DNA from: Ginglymostoma cirratum
Lineage: Eukaryota
Direction of reading: 5' to 3'
Assembly (NCBI GenBank): GCA_024137785.1
Contig: JAHRHZ010000002.1
Span: forward strand, 4,741,258-4,805,257
DNA: 64,000 bases
The notes beneath the pieces are model-generated. The model was not told the origin of the DNA. It saw only the letters and a program-made list of their open reading frames with translations, and ran no database searches. Shown piece by piece: positions 26,901-39,824 of the stretch. The translations under genes and the position numbers were made by a program. The first letter of the stretch is position 1. Each line of letters opens with the position of its first letter.

Positions 26901-28729
26901 AACTCAGTGCCACAGTGATTAGTGCTGGGGCCTCAATTATTTACAATATATATCAATGATTTTGTTTAAGGAACTAAATATACAGTTCCTAAATTTACCC
27001 ATAATTCAAAGAAAGGCAGAAAAATTAGTAGTAAACAGACGGATACAAATAGTAATGGGCAAACAAATGACAGCTGGTTTATAATATGGGAAAATATGAC
27101 TTGTCCACTTTGTTAGGAAAAATAGGAAACAGCATTTTATTTAAACAGAGAGAGATGGTGGAACTCTGAAGTGCAGAGAGTTCTGTTACATGACTCACAG
27201 AAAGTTAGGGTTGGCAAGTGCAGCAAGTGATTAGGAAACCGAATTAAATGTTGCCGTTTATTCCAAGAATTGAAACATAAATGAATGTTGTGCTAGAGTC
27301 TGAAAGGCATTGGTTCTACAGCATCTGCAGTACCATGCACAGGTACGATGCCCTCACGTAAGAAAAGATGTAGATGTGTTCAAAGCAGATCCGAGAAAGG
27401 GTTGGACAGGTTGAGCCTGTATTCATTATAGTTTAAAAGAGGGAGAGATGTTCTTATTGGAACACACAAGGTCCTGAGGGGTTTGATAATGTGGACACTG
27501 AAAGAATGTTTCCTCTTGCGGGAGAGACTAGAATCATTGGACACGGTTTAAAAATGAGGGATCTTCCATTTCAATGGACTGAATTTTTTTCTCTTAGAGG
27601 GTTGTGAGTCTTTAGAACTCTCTTCCCCAGAAAGCAATGAATGCAGGGTCACTGAAAACGTTTAAGGTTGAGTTGATCTATTTTTGACCAACAAGGGAGT
27701 CAAAAGGTTATTGGGGGTAGGATTGGAATTAAGGACACAGTCAGATTATCCCTGTGGGCACAGTGACCCACCCCTGTTCCTGAGTCTTTTGTTTATAAAA
27801 TGCAGGTAAGAATAATGCGCTATTCAGATTTACTAAAGGCCTTCAATAATTTATCACATGGAAGTCTCATGACTAAGGCCAGTGCACATGAAGTGAAAGG
27901 ACAAGTAGCAGAGTTATTGCATACGGTTCTGGCTGCCGACTAGCAAAAGGATGCGGACGCTTTGGAGAGGGTACATAAATGGTTTACCGGCACGTTGCCT
28001 GGTTTCGACAGTTTGAATTGTGGTGAGGTATTGGACAAACTTGGTTTGTTTTCACTTGAACGGAGACTGAGGCGGTGGGGGGTGGTGACTTGATAAATGT
28101 TTATTAAATTATGACAGGCATGGATAGAATGAATACTCAGAGTCTTTTTCCCACTGTAGAAATGTCAAATACTAGGGAACATAAGTTTAAAGTAAAATGG
28201 GGAAAGTTTTTTAGGAGATGTGAGAGGCAAGGATTATTTTTAAACAGAAGCTGGTAAATATCTGGAATGCGCTGCCAGAGGCAGTGGTAGAAGCAGGTAC
28301 AATAGCAATTAAAAGGCATCTTGACAGATATATGAATAGGTAAAGAATAGAGGTGTGCAGATCACACAAAGGTAAAAGGCTTTTAATTGAGACGTGTCAG
28401 CGCAGGCTTTGTGGGCCAAGGCTCTAGAAGGTAAAGAAACCAGAACTGCACACAATACTCCAGGACTGAGGCTCTCCAAATGCAGTAAAACTTCTTTACT
28501 CCTATGGTCAAATCCTCTTGCAATAAAGGCCAACATACCATTCACCTTTGGTTAGATCACACATTCTACATCGTCATATTAAACATGGTCAATTCACACA
28601 CTATCCCCTCACTTCTACATTGCCCTCTCTCTCACTCTCCCTTCTGATTTTCCTGTACTCCCAGCACTGGAGATACCCTCACACTCACTGTTTCCCCATG
28701 TTCTACATTCCCCTCTGTCTGATTCTTAC

Positions 28730-28837
28730 CTCTCCATGGCCTTTTCCAGATGATTATTCCAAACGTAACAGCCAGTCCAGTGAGTAATCCAATTATTACT
28801 GAAAACTGGAACCACGTTCTGTTTTTTTCTGGGATTT
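28730..28837 (-). CDS. MHC class I-like gene A, exon 5 (connecting peptide and transmembrane)
   Basis: Not in the ORF track. 108-nt phase-1/phase-1 exon (tttcag| ... |gtaaga) encoding (E)IPEKNRTWFQFSVIIGLLTGLAVTFGIIIWKRPWR, a hydrophobic helix with a basic stop-transfer segment. A paralogous exon lies at 54124-54243. Confidence 0.88.
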
Positions 28838-29980
28838 CTGAAACACATTTGAGTAATATCAGTATTATTTATGTTCCTATATCCATACCCAGTGCACTGG
28901 GGACAATTTTAACTGATCCCACCCATTGGGAATTGATGGGATTAGTTTAAACACTGGTTTGACCCTCGCCAGATTTCACTCTCAGTGAAGTCACTGACGA
29001 TCCCATTGATGGGGTGTAAACACTGCACTGTCCCAATCCCAGGGGTTACTTTCCTAAACAGTTCAGTTCCCATTCTCCCCGATGTGTCTGTGTTCAATCT
29101 CCAGGGTTACTTTGGACAGCCCAGAAGGCAGCATCACTGATAAGTTTTTACATCAAACTTGAAAGGGATGATGAATAAACTGAGCACAGGAAACTGGGCC
29201 GAGCTGAAAATGAGGAAAACAGCAGAGGGACTGAGCAAAACTTCAAAAGAAGCACTTGGTCCAATCCAACCCCAGGACTTAGTCCCAATCTACTGCAGTG
29301 AACCTACCATGGTCAAGACATGAAATAAGTGAGAGAATCCACCTCAAAGGAAAGGCTTCCACAAATGTCCAGAGACTGAGGGACAGAGACTGAGACAAGG
29401 ATCAGCTGATCAAACAGAGTGTGGATGGATTTGTGTAATTGAAAACTCAAGCATTAAGCTGACAGTGAAATTTCCCTGGAATTGGGTATCTGCAGAAAGA
29501 ATGGTCTCAGGAAATGCAATTAAACTTTTTCTGTTTGTGTTAACATCTTTTCCAGTCTTCAACAAGCAGTGTTGTTGCACCTCCTTTTCGGTAATAAACC
29601 TGTGCTCTGTGTTTGAAGACTATCTGCAGGCTCTTGTGTATATTCAGAAATTTCAGTGTCTATCCAGCACCATAAGTAACAAAAATGTTAAGCAAATGAT
29701 CCATCAAGCCAGACATTTTAAATAGCCTTAGGCTGGGACAAGGAGGTTTTTTTGGTCTCTCAAGGAATCAGGGCATCTGGGAAGCAGAGAGGCAAGAAGA
29801 ATTGATGACGATGGCAGCAATATTCATGAGTATGCTCAGTCGTATACTTTAAATTTTTAAGGTGTTAAATTGAATTGTGGTGAAAATCATCCATAACCTC
29901 ATTGAATGGTGGAACAGAGTCAAAAGGCAAGCACAGGCACAAGCGTGCATGCACATGCACACATTGTATAAGTTCCTTAC

Positions 29981-30259
29981 CCAACTGACAGAACTTGGCT
30001 TCTGACAGGCTGCTGTGTTCAATTTGACAGGAATATTGATCCTCATCCCCAGCACTGATTTCAATCTCTTTCTGGATCTGATGGGTCCCATCATGGTTCG
30101 GTCGAATCCCCGAGGATTGTGTCTCAGACACGACCTCTCCATTCCTTAGCCAGCTCACCTCGATGTCTACAGGATAAAATCCAGTGACCAGGCAGGAGAG
30201 AGTGAGCGGCTTGTCTTGACGATTGGGTTCAATTCTGGAGATGAACACTTCAGGCTGAA
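29981..30259 (-). CDS. MHC class I-like gene A, exon 4 (alpha3 C1-set Ig domain)
   Basis: 279-nt exon with cacag| acceptor and |gtaagg donor. LSCLVTGFYPVDIEVSW...RPNHDGTHQ...YSCQIEHSSL is a canonical class I alpha3. It is separated from alpha2 by a 117-nt intron. Confidence 0.96.
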
Positions 30260-30376
30260 CTGTGATGGGAAAGGGTGAAAACACAAACAATAGACAGACA
30301 TTGAATGGAATAGGAGAACGGTTTCATAGATCAGTGACGTTAGATCAGAACATGGGGCCAAAACTAAAACTCATAC

Positions 30377-30652
30377 CTCTCCTTCCGAAATACTGTCTTC
30401 CAAAGTGTAAGCGTGATTTTAAACGCTCAACAAGTTCCTCTTCCAAGTGCCATTTCCAGTGCTTGTTCCATTCGTTATCAGAATCCCATTCCTCCTTGAT
30501 CTTCACTGCAAAGTGATTAGATGCGACCCATCTCATTCTGTCTGATTCTAAACTAATAAAGTCCTTTCCATCAAATCCAACATTCATCGATCTCTTAATG
30601 GAGCCATCAGCAGTGATCTCAACAGTCCTTATGAATTGCAAAATATGCACTC
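30377..30652 (-). CDS. MHC class I-like gene A, exon 3 (alpha2 domain, no cysteines)
   Basis: 276-nt exon with ggcag| acceptor and |gtatga donor. GVHILQFIRTVEITADGSIKRSMNVGFDGKDFISL...W...KEEWD...HLEEELVERLKSRLHFG shows the HxLQ, FDGKDF and W147 motifs of class I alpha2. Confidence 0.93.
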
Positions 30653-31317
30653 CTGCCAAAGATTAAAAGAGAAACAAAAATTAATTGTTCATGTAAAAGT
30701 CCCTTTAATATATAATTGGAACTCTATGCAATAAGTTTTAAAATCAAAGATCCTCCTGTTGGCTGAGTGTTATCCTGATAGATTGTTCTGAGGATTCTGC
30801 TACAGTAACAAGATCTTTTAGTGGAATCAGTTTTACATGAATAGATCCATCGCCACGTGAACTGATAATAAGACATTTGTAACTCATTTGACTTTGAGCC
30901 TGCTCTGCTACTCATTGCTGACTTAATTGTGGCCTTAATTTCACCTTCTTTCTTTTGCCACGAGCAACCCATCACTCTTTTGTAGATCAAAAATCTGTCT
31001 AACTCAGCCCAGCCTACATTCAATCACCCAGTGCATTGGAGATGACAATCAATGTATCCACCATCTCTGTACCTGTTTATTTTAAGAATCTAAGGATGTA
31101 ACCTTTGGGCTTATTAGTTTATCTCTTTTTTTCCTGTGGTGACTATGATTAGTTTAAGTTCATTTTTGTCTCAGGATTTTTTATTTTTGAGATTTTGTGT
31201 CTTCTATTTCGAAGATTGCAACATTTGTTCAAAACCACTCCCATTTCTTTATTTCCCACTATCAATTCCCCAGTTTTATCTTCTACATTTTTTCTGACTC
31301 TCTTCATACAGAATCCT

Positions 31318-31700
31318 GAGGAAGACCTGGGTATTGCACATTCACATGCCAGTGCATTAAGTGCTGTGCTCTTTGATGATGGGCAGCATATGGATGAGTA
31401 ATGGAAAGGGACCAAGAATAGATCCATGGCAAACACCAGAGGTAACACTGAGGGAACAGGAAGAAAAGCCATAAATGCTGATTACTTTGGATAGATAGGA
31501 AAGGACCCAGATAAGTTATTTTCCAACCAGCTGGATGGCATAGAAGCTTGAGGGGAATGCTACGGCCAATCACTTCTCATCACCACTTAAAATCCTTCAA
31601 GCTAGCACTTAGACCTTTCAAGTGGTTTGGTAATCCCACAGCTTTCCAGATTTTCACTAAACGAGTGGCCTTGCACAGATGCAGACAAGACTGGATATTT
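31318..31700 (-). mobile_element. L2-type LINE RT fragment in intron 2 of gene A
   Basis: SGVCHGSILGPFPLLIHMLP resembles the L2 motif GVPQGSILGPLLFLIYMLP. Confidence 0.6.
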
Positions 31701-33106
31701 TAAAATCTACCTTTAATAACCACCTTCTGGCCCGTGGACTTGCCCTCTTTCCCTAGTTAAAAAAAAATGCTTTTGTAGTTGAGTCAGCAATAGCCCATTC
31801 TTTCCCTGGCACTTAGTCTGTCTACTGACAGCTCCATCTTGAACAGAATTTTAAGGCAAGTTGTGGGTAACTTTATCCACACCTTACAGAAAAGTAATCA
31901 GGAAATAGCTGATGGAGGAATGAGAAAGATTTGCTCAAGGGAATGACCACTCCAGAAAGCAGGAAAGCTGGGAAATTTGTAACAGTCAGTTTATGTATTA
32001 ATATGTGTGGACATTTAGAAGAATACATTATTAAACTTTTGTAATAATAGCTCACAAGAAAGACAAGTGGGATCTTTCATTTAGGTACAGTTACAACATT
32101 TAAGAAACATTTGGATAGGTACATGAATAGGAAAAGTTCAGAAAGCTATGGGCCAAGCACAGGCAAATGGGACTAAGGTTTGGGGAACCTGGTCAGCACG
32201 GTTGAAGCATCTGTTTCCATGCTGTATGACTCTAGGCTGCAGACACGTTAAGAAAAGGTGAAGAGGGAAAATTTTTTTTACGTGGTCAGGGAAGTCAAGG
32301 GATAAGAACTGTTCTGGGGTGAAAACTTGATTGGTGGGATGTAAATATGAAGTTCCAGTAAAATGTTATCGGCAGATGATCACATATTTAAAGCCTCTTC
32401 TTTTACAGGAAAATTATGCTAATGGTAGATTTGAAGGAGAGAGGGACAGAAGCTGAGGACTGAGAAATGACAACGATGACAACCAAGACAAAGACAACGA
32501 GATGGTCAACAACTGCACTGCACCAGCAAAATCTTGTTCTGATGAAAGGTCACTGAAGAAAAAGGTGAATTTTTTTTCTTTCCATGGCTGTTGCCTGACC
32601 TGCTGAACATTTCCCATGGTTTCTGATCTTATAGTAGTAGAAACTTTTATAGACACACAGTCAGAAAATATGCCTGAAATAGCCAAGAATTTAACCAACA
32701 GCCTGAAATGAGAAACCATTAAGTTGCACAAAGTAGTAAAATAAACACATTACTCACACCAGGAGCTGCAAGAGGAGTCAATTGCCAGGATAAATCCACA
32801 TGAGGAGGAGGTTTGACAACTAGCACAGGACCTTGATTGAAATATTTGAATCATTGTTTTACATATTTCTGACTGCAGCTTCACTGCTGTGCAGAAGCCA
32901 ATTCCATGAGATAGCATGCATCCAGCGAAAATTTTCCTGCCTATTGTATGACCAGGTACCCATTCCACAGCTGCCTAATACAGTTGTGGTCGGAGTGACC
33001 CAAACAGTGTGTGTCTCAGTCTCACATATTGCAGTCTAACTGTGGCTGTATTCTGACCTGCTTTAAACAGGGCAGTTTGTGACAGAATCTGTGTCAGTGA
33101 TCTTAC

Positions 33107-33367
33107 CAGATGTTTGGTTTGTACTTTTCATTACCGTCCTCAGATTCTCCCTTGCCATGGCAGAATGTTTGTTCCCTTGCTTTGTGAGCATTTTCCAGTA
33201 ATTAGCATCATACGAGTCTGTCATCCACTGCTGTAAGGAGACTGTCTGACAGCTGTCACTGTCGTAATAGGTCACAGGAACTCCATTAATCATTGCTACA
33301 CCGAAATACTCAGGTAGGTCAGTTGTGCCAGAGACAGCTATAAAAGCCGCAGTAAAGATTTTGTTCT
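33107..33367 (-). CDS. MHC class I-like gene A, exon 2 (alpha1 domain)
   Basis: 261-nt exon with ctacag| acceptor and |gtaaga donor. Translation (E)NKIFTAAFIAVSGTTDLPEYFGVAMINGVPVTYYDSDS...QQWM...ANYW...LRTVMKSTNQTSG has the class I alpha1 pattern (PEY, YDS, WM, YW, N86-x-T glycan site). Confidence 0.92.
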
Positions 33368-33644
33368 CTGTAGATTTAAACAAAAGTGAAAGGGTCAGGT
33401 TTGTATACTTGATCAAGCCGAGCCTATACCCAAAAACCCCGTATCAGTGACAGGAGTCACTAAAACAGTCAAATCCACTGTCTCAATAAGCAACTCAACC
33501 AGTAATGCAGTCAATTGGATTTTCTAATAATAACACTCAGATTGCCACTCCACTCTTTTTAACATAAAGAAAGAACTCCATATTTCTGGCAGGAGGTTCT
33601 GATTCGGCTCCTTCCGAAATGTGGAGCCGTACTTGCATCATGAC

Positions 33645-33972
33645 AAGTCAGTATGGTGGCTTCAGTGGATACCTCACAGCACTAGGAAGCTGGGTTTGAT
33701 CCCACGCTTGGGTGACTGTCTAGTGGAGTTTGTACATTCTCTCCACATCTGTGCAGGTTTCCACTGGGTGCTCTGGTGTCCTCCCACAGTCCAAAGATGT
33801 GCAGGCGAGGTGGATTGGCCATGCTAAATTGCCCGTAGTGTCCAGGGATGTGCAGGTCAGGTAGGTTAGCCATAGGATATGCAGGGTTAGGGTCTGGGTG
33901 GGATTCTCTTCAGAGCGTCAGTGTGGATGTGATAGGCTGAATGGCCTGCTTCCATACTTTAGGGATTCTATA
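33645..33972 (+). mobile_element. HE1-like SINE
   Basis: Diverged copy of 44888-45200 with the same core. Confidence 0.8.
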
Positions 33973-35239
33973 ACATTCAAAAAAAAAGTCCTTGGTAGTG
34001 CAGAACAGTCTTCATATAGTAGAAGCAGCCAAGGAGGCATCAATGCAAATGGAACATTGAATTCTACTTTTATCTGGAGACAGCCAGGAAAATCATGGAG
34101 AGGGAAAAAATGGTTAGCAATCCACTATCCCTGTTCCAATCAGAAACTGAGAATAAACTACTGTTTATATTCTGGAAAAAAAGTACACTCGATTATCAGG
34201 GCTCCATTTTACTGCGAACATGAAAGTTGATCATTTCTTGAATTCAAATTGCAGAACCAGAGGTTCAATGATTGGCTCGTCTTGGAAAAAGATCAACTAA
34301 ACTAAGCAATGACAGTCTGAATCGTTACTGTCACCAGTAACCGGGACATTGAAAATCACACAGGGTAATGCTTTAGGAACCAAGGACAGCATTTAATTAT
34401 TGTAATTATTAGTGTGATGGCACCCCTACCCCTTCACTGTCAGCCAATCACATGGTGGGAAATGGGGAAGATGGGCATGTCACAAGAGATTGAGAATGGA
34501 GGCAATCTTTCTCTCTTGCCTTTTGGAGCCCATAGCAATTCTGTGCTGCAAATTACTAAACTATTAATCCAGAGACTTAGGTAATGTCCTGGGGCCCCAT
34601 GTATAAATCCTTTTATGGTACATGGTGGAATTTTAATTCAATACAATCTAAAATTTAAAAAGTCTGATGATGACCATGAAACCATTACTCATGGTCAGAA
34701 AAACGCATCTGGTTCACTAATTTCCTTTAGGGAAGGAAACTACCATCCTTACCTGGGCTGGCCTATATGTGACTCCAGACCCACAGCAATATGGCTGACA
34801 AGTAAAAGCCCTCTGAGCAATTAGGGGTGGGCAATAAATGCTAGCCTATCCAGCAATGCTCACATCCCATGAATGAATACTTTTTTTGAAAGTAAAGTCT
34901 CATTTGTGTTTTTTCCTGCCAGGTATACACAAGAGAAGGGGTTATAAAACCAACTGCAATGTGTGTGTATGTGGTAGTCTGCTCTTTAATGAAACTGGGC
35001 AACAGTGTACTGGGGAGGCAATAGCCGAAGAAAACTACTTGGCTATATGGCTACAACTATAACTACCATGGTGACAAGAATACTTACAGGTTACTCATTA
35101 AACTCCTTTCGATACACAAAACTCATATGTCACTAGTTAAAAATTCAAAAACCCAAAATATAAAAAAATTGTACATTTCTATACAATAATCACCAGTTCA
35201 CATCACACCCACAAAGTCAAAGATATTCAAAGACATTTT

Positions 35240-35333
35240 TTCTGATGAAGGGTTTAGGCCCAAAACGTCAAGTTTTCCTGCTCCTATGATGCTGCTTGAC
35301 CGGCTGTGTTCATCCAGCCCCATGCTTGTTATC
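35240..35333 (+). mobile_element. Solo Penelope pLTR (core with GAAA changed to AAAA)
   Basis: ctgatgaagggtttaggcccaaaacgtc...cttgttatc. Confidence 0.78.
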
Positions 35334-36047
35334 AAAGATATTCCTGTTGATCTACACATTGAAAATGTTTTCAACTTATTCTAGAATATCAATGATGAAC
35401 TGGTAAACTTTGGCCAGAGCCAGAATGCAAAGTAGCAATTGGCAAATGCCAAAAAGGGACCAACTACATGTTGCAAAAGGTCATTATTTGGGAATGACCT
35501 GACAATATGTGGATAGTCATTCATTTTGGCCACACAGGGACTAGCTTTGTGTATCATGACAAATCCAAAAGCATTACGCTATGATATCATGTGCATGCTA
35601 CCTCAGGCACACATGGGGTTCAAAAGTGTCCCTGCCTCTGAACCAACAGACCTGGGTTCAATCCCATCTGCTCCAGAGATGTGTCATAACATTTTTGAAC
35701 AGGTTGATTAAAGAATATCAAATACATAATTTCCTCTAATTTTCTTAACCACCTGCAAGGACCTCCAAGGCCCATGCATGTTAGTGATTTCTGGAACCAG
35801 AGATCAATGCCACGATTAGTGTGCCAACACTGACCTTGGAACATCAGTGCCTCTGTGTGTGTCGCACAGTTATGCAGCTTACTGATTGAATGCCCAAGAA
35901 CTGCTGCACTGCCCAGCAATGCAATCAGGGAAGTCAGTGCATCTTGAATATATACAAGGTACACCAAAAAGACCTCATTAGCAGAAGGAGCCTCTAAATC
36001 TACACAATGATCCATCCCATCCTCAGACAATAGTAGAGGACCTATTA

Positions 36048-37110
36048 TAGAGTCATACAGTGCAGAAACAGACCCTTTGGTCCAACTAGTCCATGGCAAC
36101 CATAATCCCAAACTAAACTAGTCCCACCTGCCTGCGCGTGGCCCATTTCCCTCCAAACCTTTCCTATTCATGTACTTATCTCAATACCTTTAAACACTGT
36201 AACTGTACTCGCATCCACCACTTCCCTTGGAAGTTCATTCCATACACGAACCACTCTCTGTATAAAAATGTTGCCCCTCATGTCTTTTAAAAATCTTTCT
36301 CCCCTCACCTTAAAAATGCCCCCAGTCTTGAAATCCTCCAAGCTAGGGAAAAGACACCAACCATTAACCTTATCTGTACCCCTTATGATTTCATGAACCT
36401 CAAAAAGGTCACCTCTCACCTTCCTATGCTCCAGTGAAAAAGTCCCAGCCTGTCCAGTGTATCCTTATAACTCAAACCTTCCATTCCCAGCAACATCATG
36501 GTAAATCTCTTCTGAACTGTCTCCAATTTAATAATAACCTTCCTATAGCATGGTGACCAGAATTTGACACAGTATTCCAGAAGAGGCTCACCAACATATT
36601 GTACAGCCTTAACATGACACCCCACCTCCATATTCAAAGGTCTGAGCAATGAAGGCAAGCGTGCTAAACACCTTCTTAACCACCCTGTCTACATGTGACG
36701 CAAACTTCAAAGAATTATATCCCTGAACTACTGGATCTGTCTGTTCAACAACACCACTCAAGGCCCTGCTATTAATTGTTTCAGACCTGCCCTTGTTTAT
36801 TTTACCAAAATGCAACACCTCATATTTATCCAAATTGAACTCCATCTGCCAACTCTTCAGACCATTGACGCAATTGATCAAGACCTCTTTCTAATCTTAG
36901 ACAGCCTTCTTCGCTGTCCACTATGCTACCAATTTTGGTGTCTTCAACAAACTTACTAACCATGCTTTCTATTTTCTCTTGTAAATCATTTATATAAGTG
37001 ACAAACAAAAGTGGATCCTGTGGAACACTGCTGGTCACAGACCTCCAGTCTGAAAAACAACCCCTCACCACTAATGTTGTCTCCTGCCGTTAAGCCAGTT
37101 TTGCATCCAA
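36048..37110 (-). mobile_element. CR1 LINE RT fragment
   Basis: SDWRSVTSSVPQDPLLFVTYINDL...SKFVEDTKIG, WQMEFN, LEYCVKFWSP and RGDL. Confidence 0.9.
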
Positions 37111-39182
37111 TTCATTGCGCACAAGGAAGATTACAGCCTTACGATGGATTACGTTCTAAATTTCCCAATGTTTGATAACTGAGAAACTCAACAAGCTCAA
37201 TCATTGCTGACTCGATGCACGTTATTTCCAATTTTGGAGTACTTGGCCGGTACACAAAATGTCCATGGGCTATGTGCAAGTGGGCAATGTGACGTCATTA
37301 TTGGCTACCAGGTCTCTCCAATCCAAACTGCATCTTGTTTTTGTTTTAAATTCACTTGTGGGATGTGGGCATCGCTGGCTAGGCCAGCATTTTATTGCCC
37401 ATCCCTAGCTGCACTTGAGAAGGAGGTGGTGAGCTGGCTTTTGTACTCTACAGTCCATGTGCTGTAGGTAGACCCGGAGTCCTATTAGGAAGAGTTCCAG
37501 GAGTTTAGCCTAATGATATATTTCCAAGTCAGGATGGTGATTAGATGGGGATCTTGTAGGTGGTGGTGTTCCTATGTATCTGTTTCCCTTGTCCTTCGAG
37601 ATGGAAGTGGTCATGGGTTTGGAAGGTGATGCCTAAGGATCATTGGCAAATTTATGCAATGCATCTTGAGGATGGTACACACTGCTACTACTGAGTATCA
37701 GTGGTGGATGAAATGTATATGGTGCTAATTAAGGGGGCTGTTTTCTCCTGGATAGTGTAAAGTTTCTTGAGTGTTGTTGGAGCTGCACCCATCCAGGTAA
37801 GTGGGGAGTATTCCATGACTCTCCTAACTTGTGCCTTGCAGATGAAGCTTTGGGGAGTCAGGGGGCAAGTTACTTGTCATGGTATTCCTAGCCTCTGACC
37901 TGCTGTTGTAGTCACCTGTATTTATATACAGAGTCCACTTCAGTTTCTGATCAATGGTAACTCCCAAGATGTTGATAGTGGGGCATTTAGTGATGGTAAT
38001 GAATGTCTGATTAGAATAAATGATTAGATTGTCTGTCATTGGAGTTGGTCATTGCCTGGCATTTGTGTGGTGCAAATGTTACTTGCCATTTGTCAGCCCA
38101 AACCTTGATATTGACCAGATCGCGTGGCATTTGAACTTGGACTGCTTCAGCATCTCTGCAGTCACAAATGGCATTGAACTTTGGGTATGTTCACTAATGA
38201 TGCACACTTCTGACCTTATGATGGAGGGAAGTTAATTGATGAAACAGCTGAAGACGGTTGGGCCTAGGACACTACCCTGGTGACCTCCTGCAGAGATGTC
38301 CTGGAGCTGAGATGACTGACCTCCAACAACTACAACCAGCTACCTACATACCAGGTGTGACTCCAAACAGAGGCGAATTTGCTCCCCTGATACGCATTGA
38401 TTGCAGTCATCTGCTCCTTTGCCTTTAGACACCTCTTCATGTCCCTTCACCCTTCTCATTTTCTCTTTATCTCTCCATCCACCTCCACACCACCCTCCCC
38501 CTACTTCCAAAACCATTAACTTTTTGACCCACGATTCTGTAACTCCCACCCTATGCCCATTTCCCGCAGCACTCTGACAATCCCCTTTACTCCAAAGTGG
38601 CTGGTGTAAAGGGTAAAAGGCTGCTGCTTCCTTCAGGAGGATGCATTGGTAGTGAGTTTAACCTGAAGGTCACCACGACTCAGGCAAAGGGTGAGATTGA
38701 GAAGATAGATCTGTAGCGGTAACCACAGCGGATGCATGAATGAACCCAAACCATCCAGCCATTGAGCTAACCAACACCCCACCCCGCCCTGCCCAGTTCA
38801 GCATAACCCTGTATTTAATACCTACCATTTTTGTTCCCCTGTTTATTACCCACCATTAACACATTAACTTTGCTTTTCAGTCAGATACATCACAATTCTG
38901 GCATGTGAAACCTCTCCTAGCAACATGCCTATTTACATGTAATCCTTCCACCCTCCTCCTCCCCCACCCGTGATCCTTCTCCCCCCACCCCGCAGTGATC
39001 CTTCTACCCTTGTCCAGACTAGCCTCTGCCCCTCGGTCATCCTCCAGGGCCCCATACAACTCAGATTAAATTAGTTTTGCCGGTGCTTCTTTCATCTGGG
39101 CACCAGGATATTGTATCCATGGGAAAAGGATGGAGAAGGACACACCCGCACATATGAAAAAACAACAGGGAAAGAAAATTGA

Positions 39183-39510
39183 GATAACAAGGTGTTAATA
39201 AATAACAAGCTGGAGGAACACAGCAGGCCAAGCAGCATCAGAGGAGTAGGAAGGCTGACGTTTCGGGCCTAAACCCTTCGTCAGAAATGGCCACTGAGGT
39301 TTTTCCGGAAGGAGGAGGGTAACTTCTTCAGGGTAGGCATCCTTAGAAGAGGCTTCGCAGTGGGCTTAAAATTGTTTCAGAGATAGTAGGAACTGCAGAT
39401 GCTGGAGAATCTGAGATAACAAGGTGTGGAGCTGGATGAACACAGCAGGCCAAGCAGCATCACAGGAGCAGGAAGGCTGAAGTTTCGGGTCTAGACCCTT
39501 CTTCAGAAAT
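39183..39510 (-). mobile_element. Non-autonomous tandem pLTR/hammerhead element (retrozyme-like) in intron 1 of gene A
   Basis: Two direct copies of the Penelope pLTR with cores at 39479-39506 and 39257-39284 (222-nt period) and no ORF. 15-bp TSD gggaaagaaaattga at 39168-39182 and 39511-39525. Confidence 0.8.
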
Positions 39511-39706
39511 GGGAAAGAAAATTGACAGACACATACACACATCTAAATAGCTCGGTACAGACACAAAGACAGAGTCTCTACAAGTTAATGCAGTATTTTG
39601 ACACACGTTTCCTACAGACACCGACGATCCCATTCCTTATAAAATCCCAGGGATTTCCCAAAGTGGAGAATGAAAGTGAGAACGAAAAGCTGAATTCTGT
39701 ACTCAC

Positions 39707-39779
39707 CCGCAGATACCCAGGAAAAACACAGGGAGATGGAAAAAAGGATCAGCAACATTCTGGGAATCCACTTTTCCAT
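39707..39779 (-). CDS. MHC class I-like gene A, exon 1 (signal peptide MEKWIPRMLLILFSISLCFSWVSA)
   Basis: ATG in ccccATGG context at 39779. The 24-aa leader is hydrophobic and ends VSA, followed by a phase-1 donor G|gtgagt at 39706. This matches the phase-1 acceptor of the alpha1 exon. Confidence 0.85.
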
Positions 39780-39824
39780 GGGGGACAGGGAATGAAAGAT
39801 CCTGAGGAGGGGGAACAACTAGCG

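Larger units (their letters stand above)
14460..30660. repeat. Segmental duplication unit A (3' part of gene A), paralogous to ~41990-59215
   Basis: Collinear blocks seen by eye: 14470-16050~41990-44365, 17654-18830~44361-45760, 19900-20030~45890-46020, 23750-24800~47570-48395, 26790-27910~48400-49310+51455-51560, 28425-28870~53835-54275 and 29970-30660~58525-59215. Confidence 0.9.

Noticed and set aside
30260-30376. Gene conversion suggested by ~91% identity of intron 3 between paralogs
   Set aside because: A non-coding block at ~15930-16045 versus ~44235-44360 is similarly identical, so the intron is not clearly exceptional without a full alignment.
31149-31573. Possible extra alpha-domain exon between alpha1 and alpha2 of gene A
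   Set aside because: It translates to an L2-like RT motif plus CR1-like sequence, with no class I motifs.
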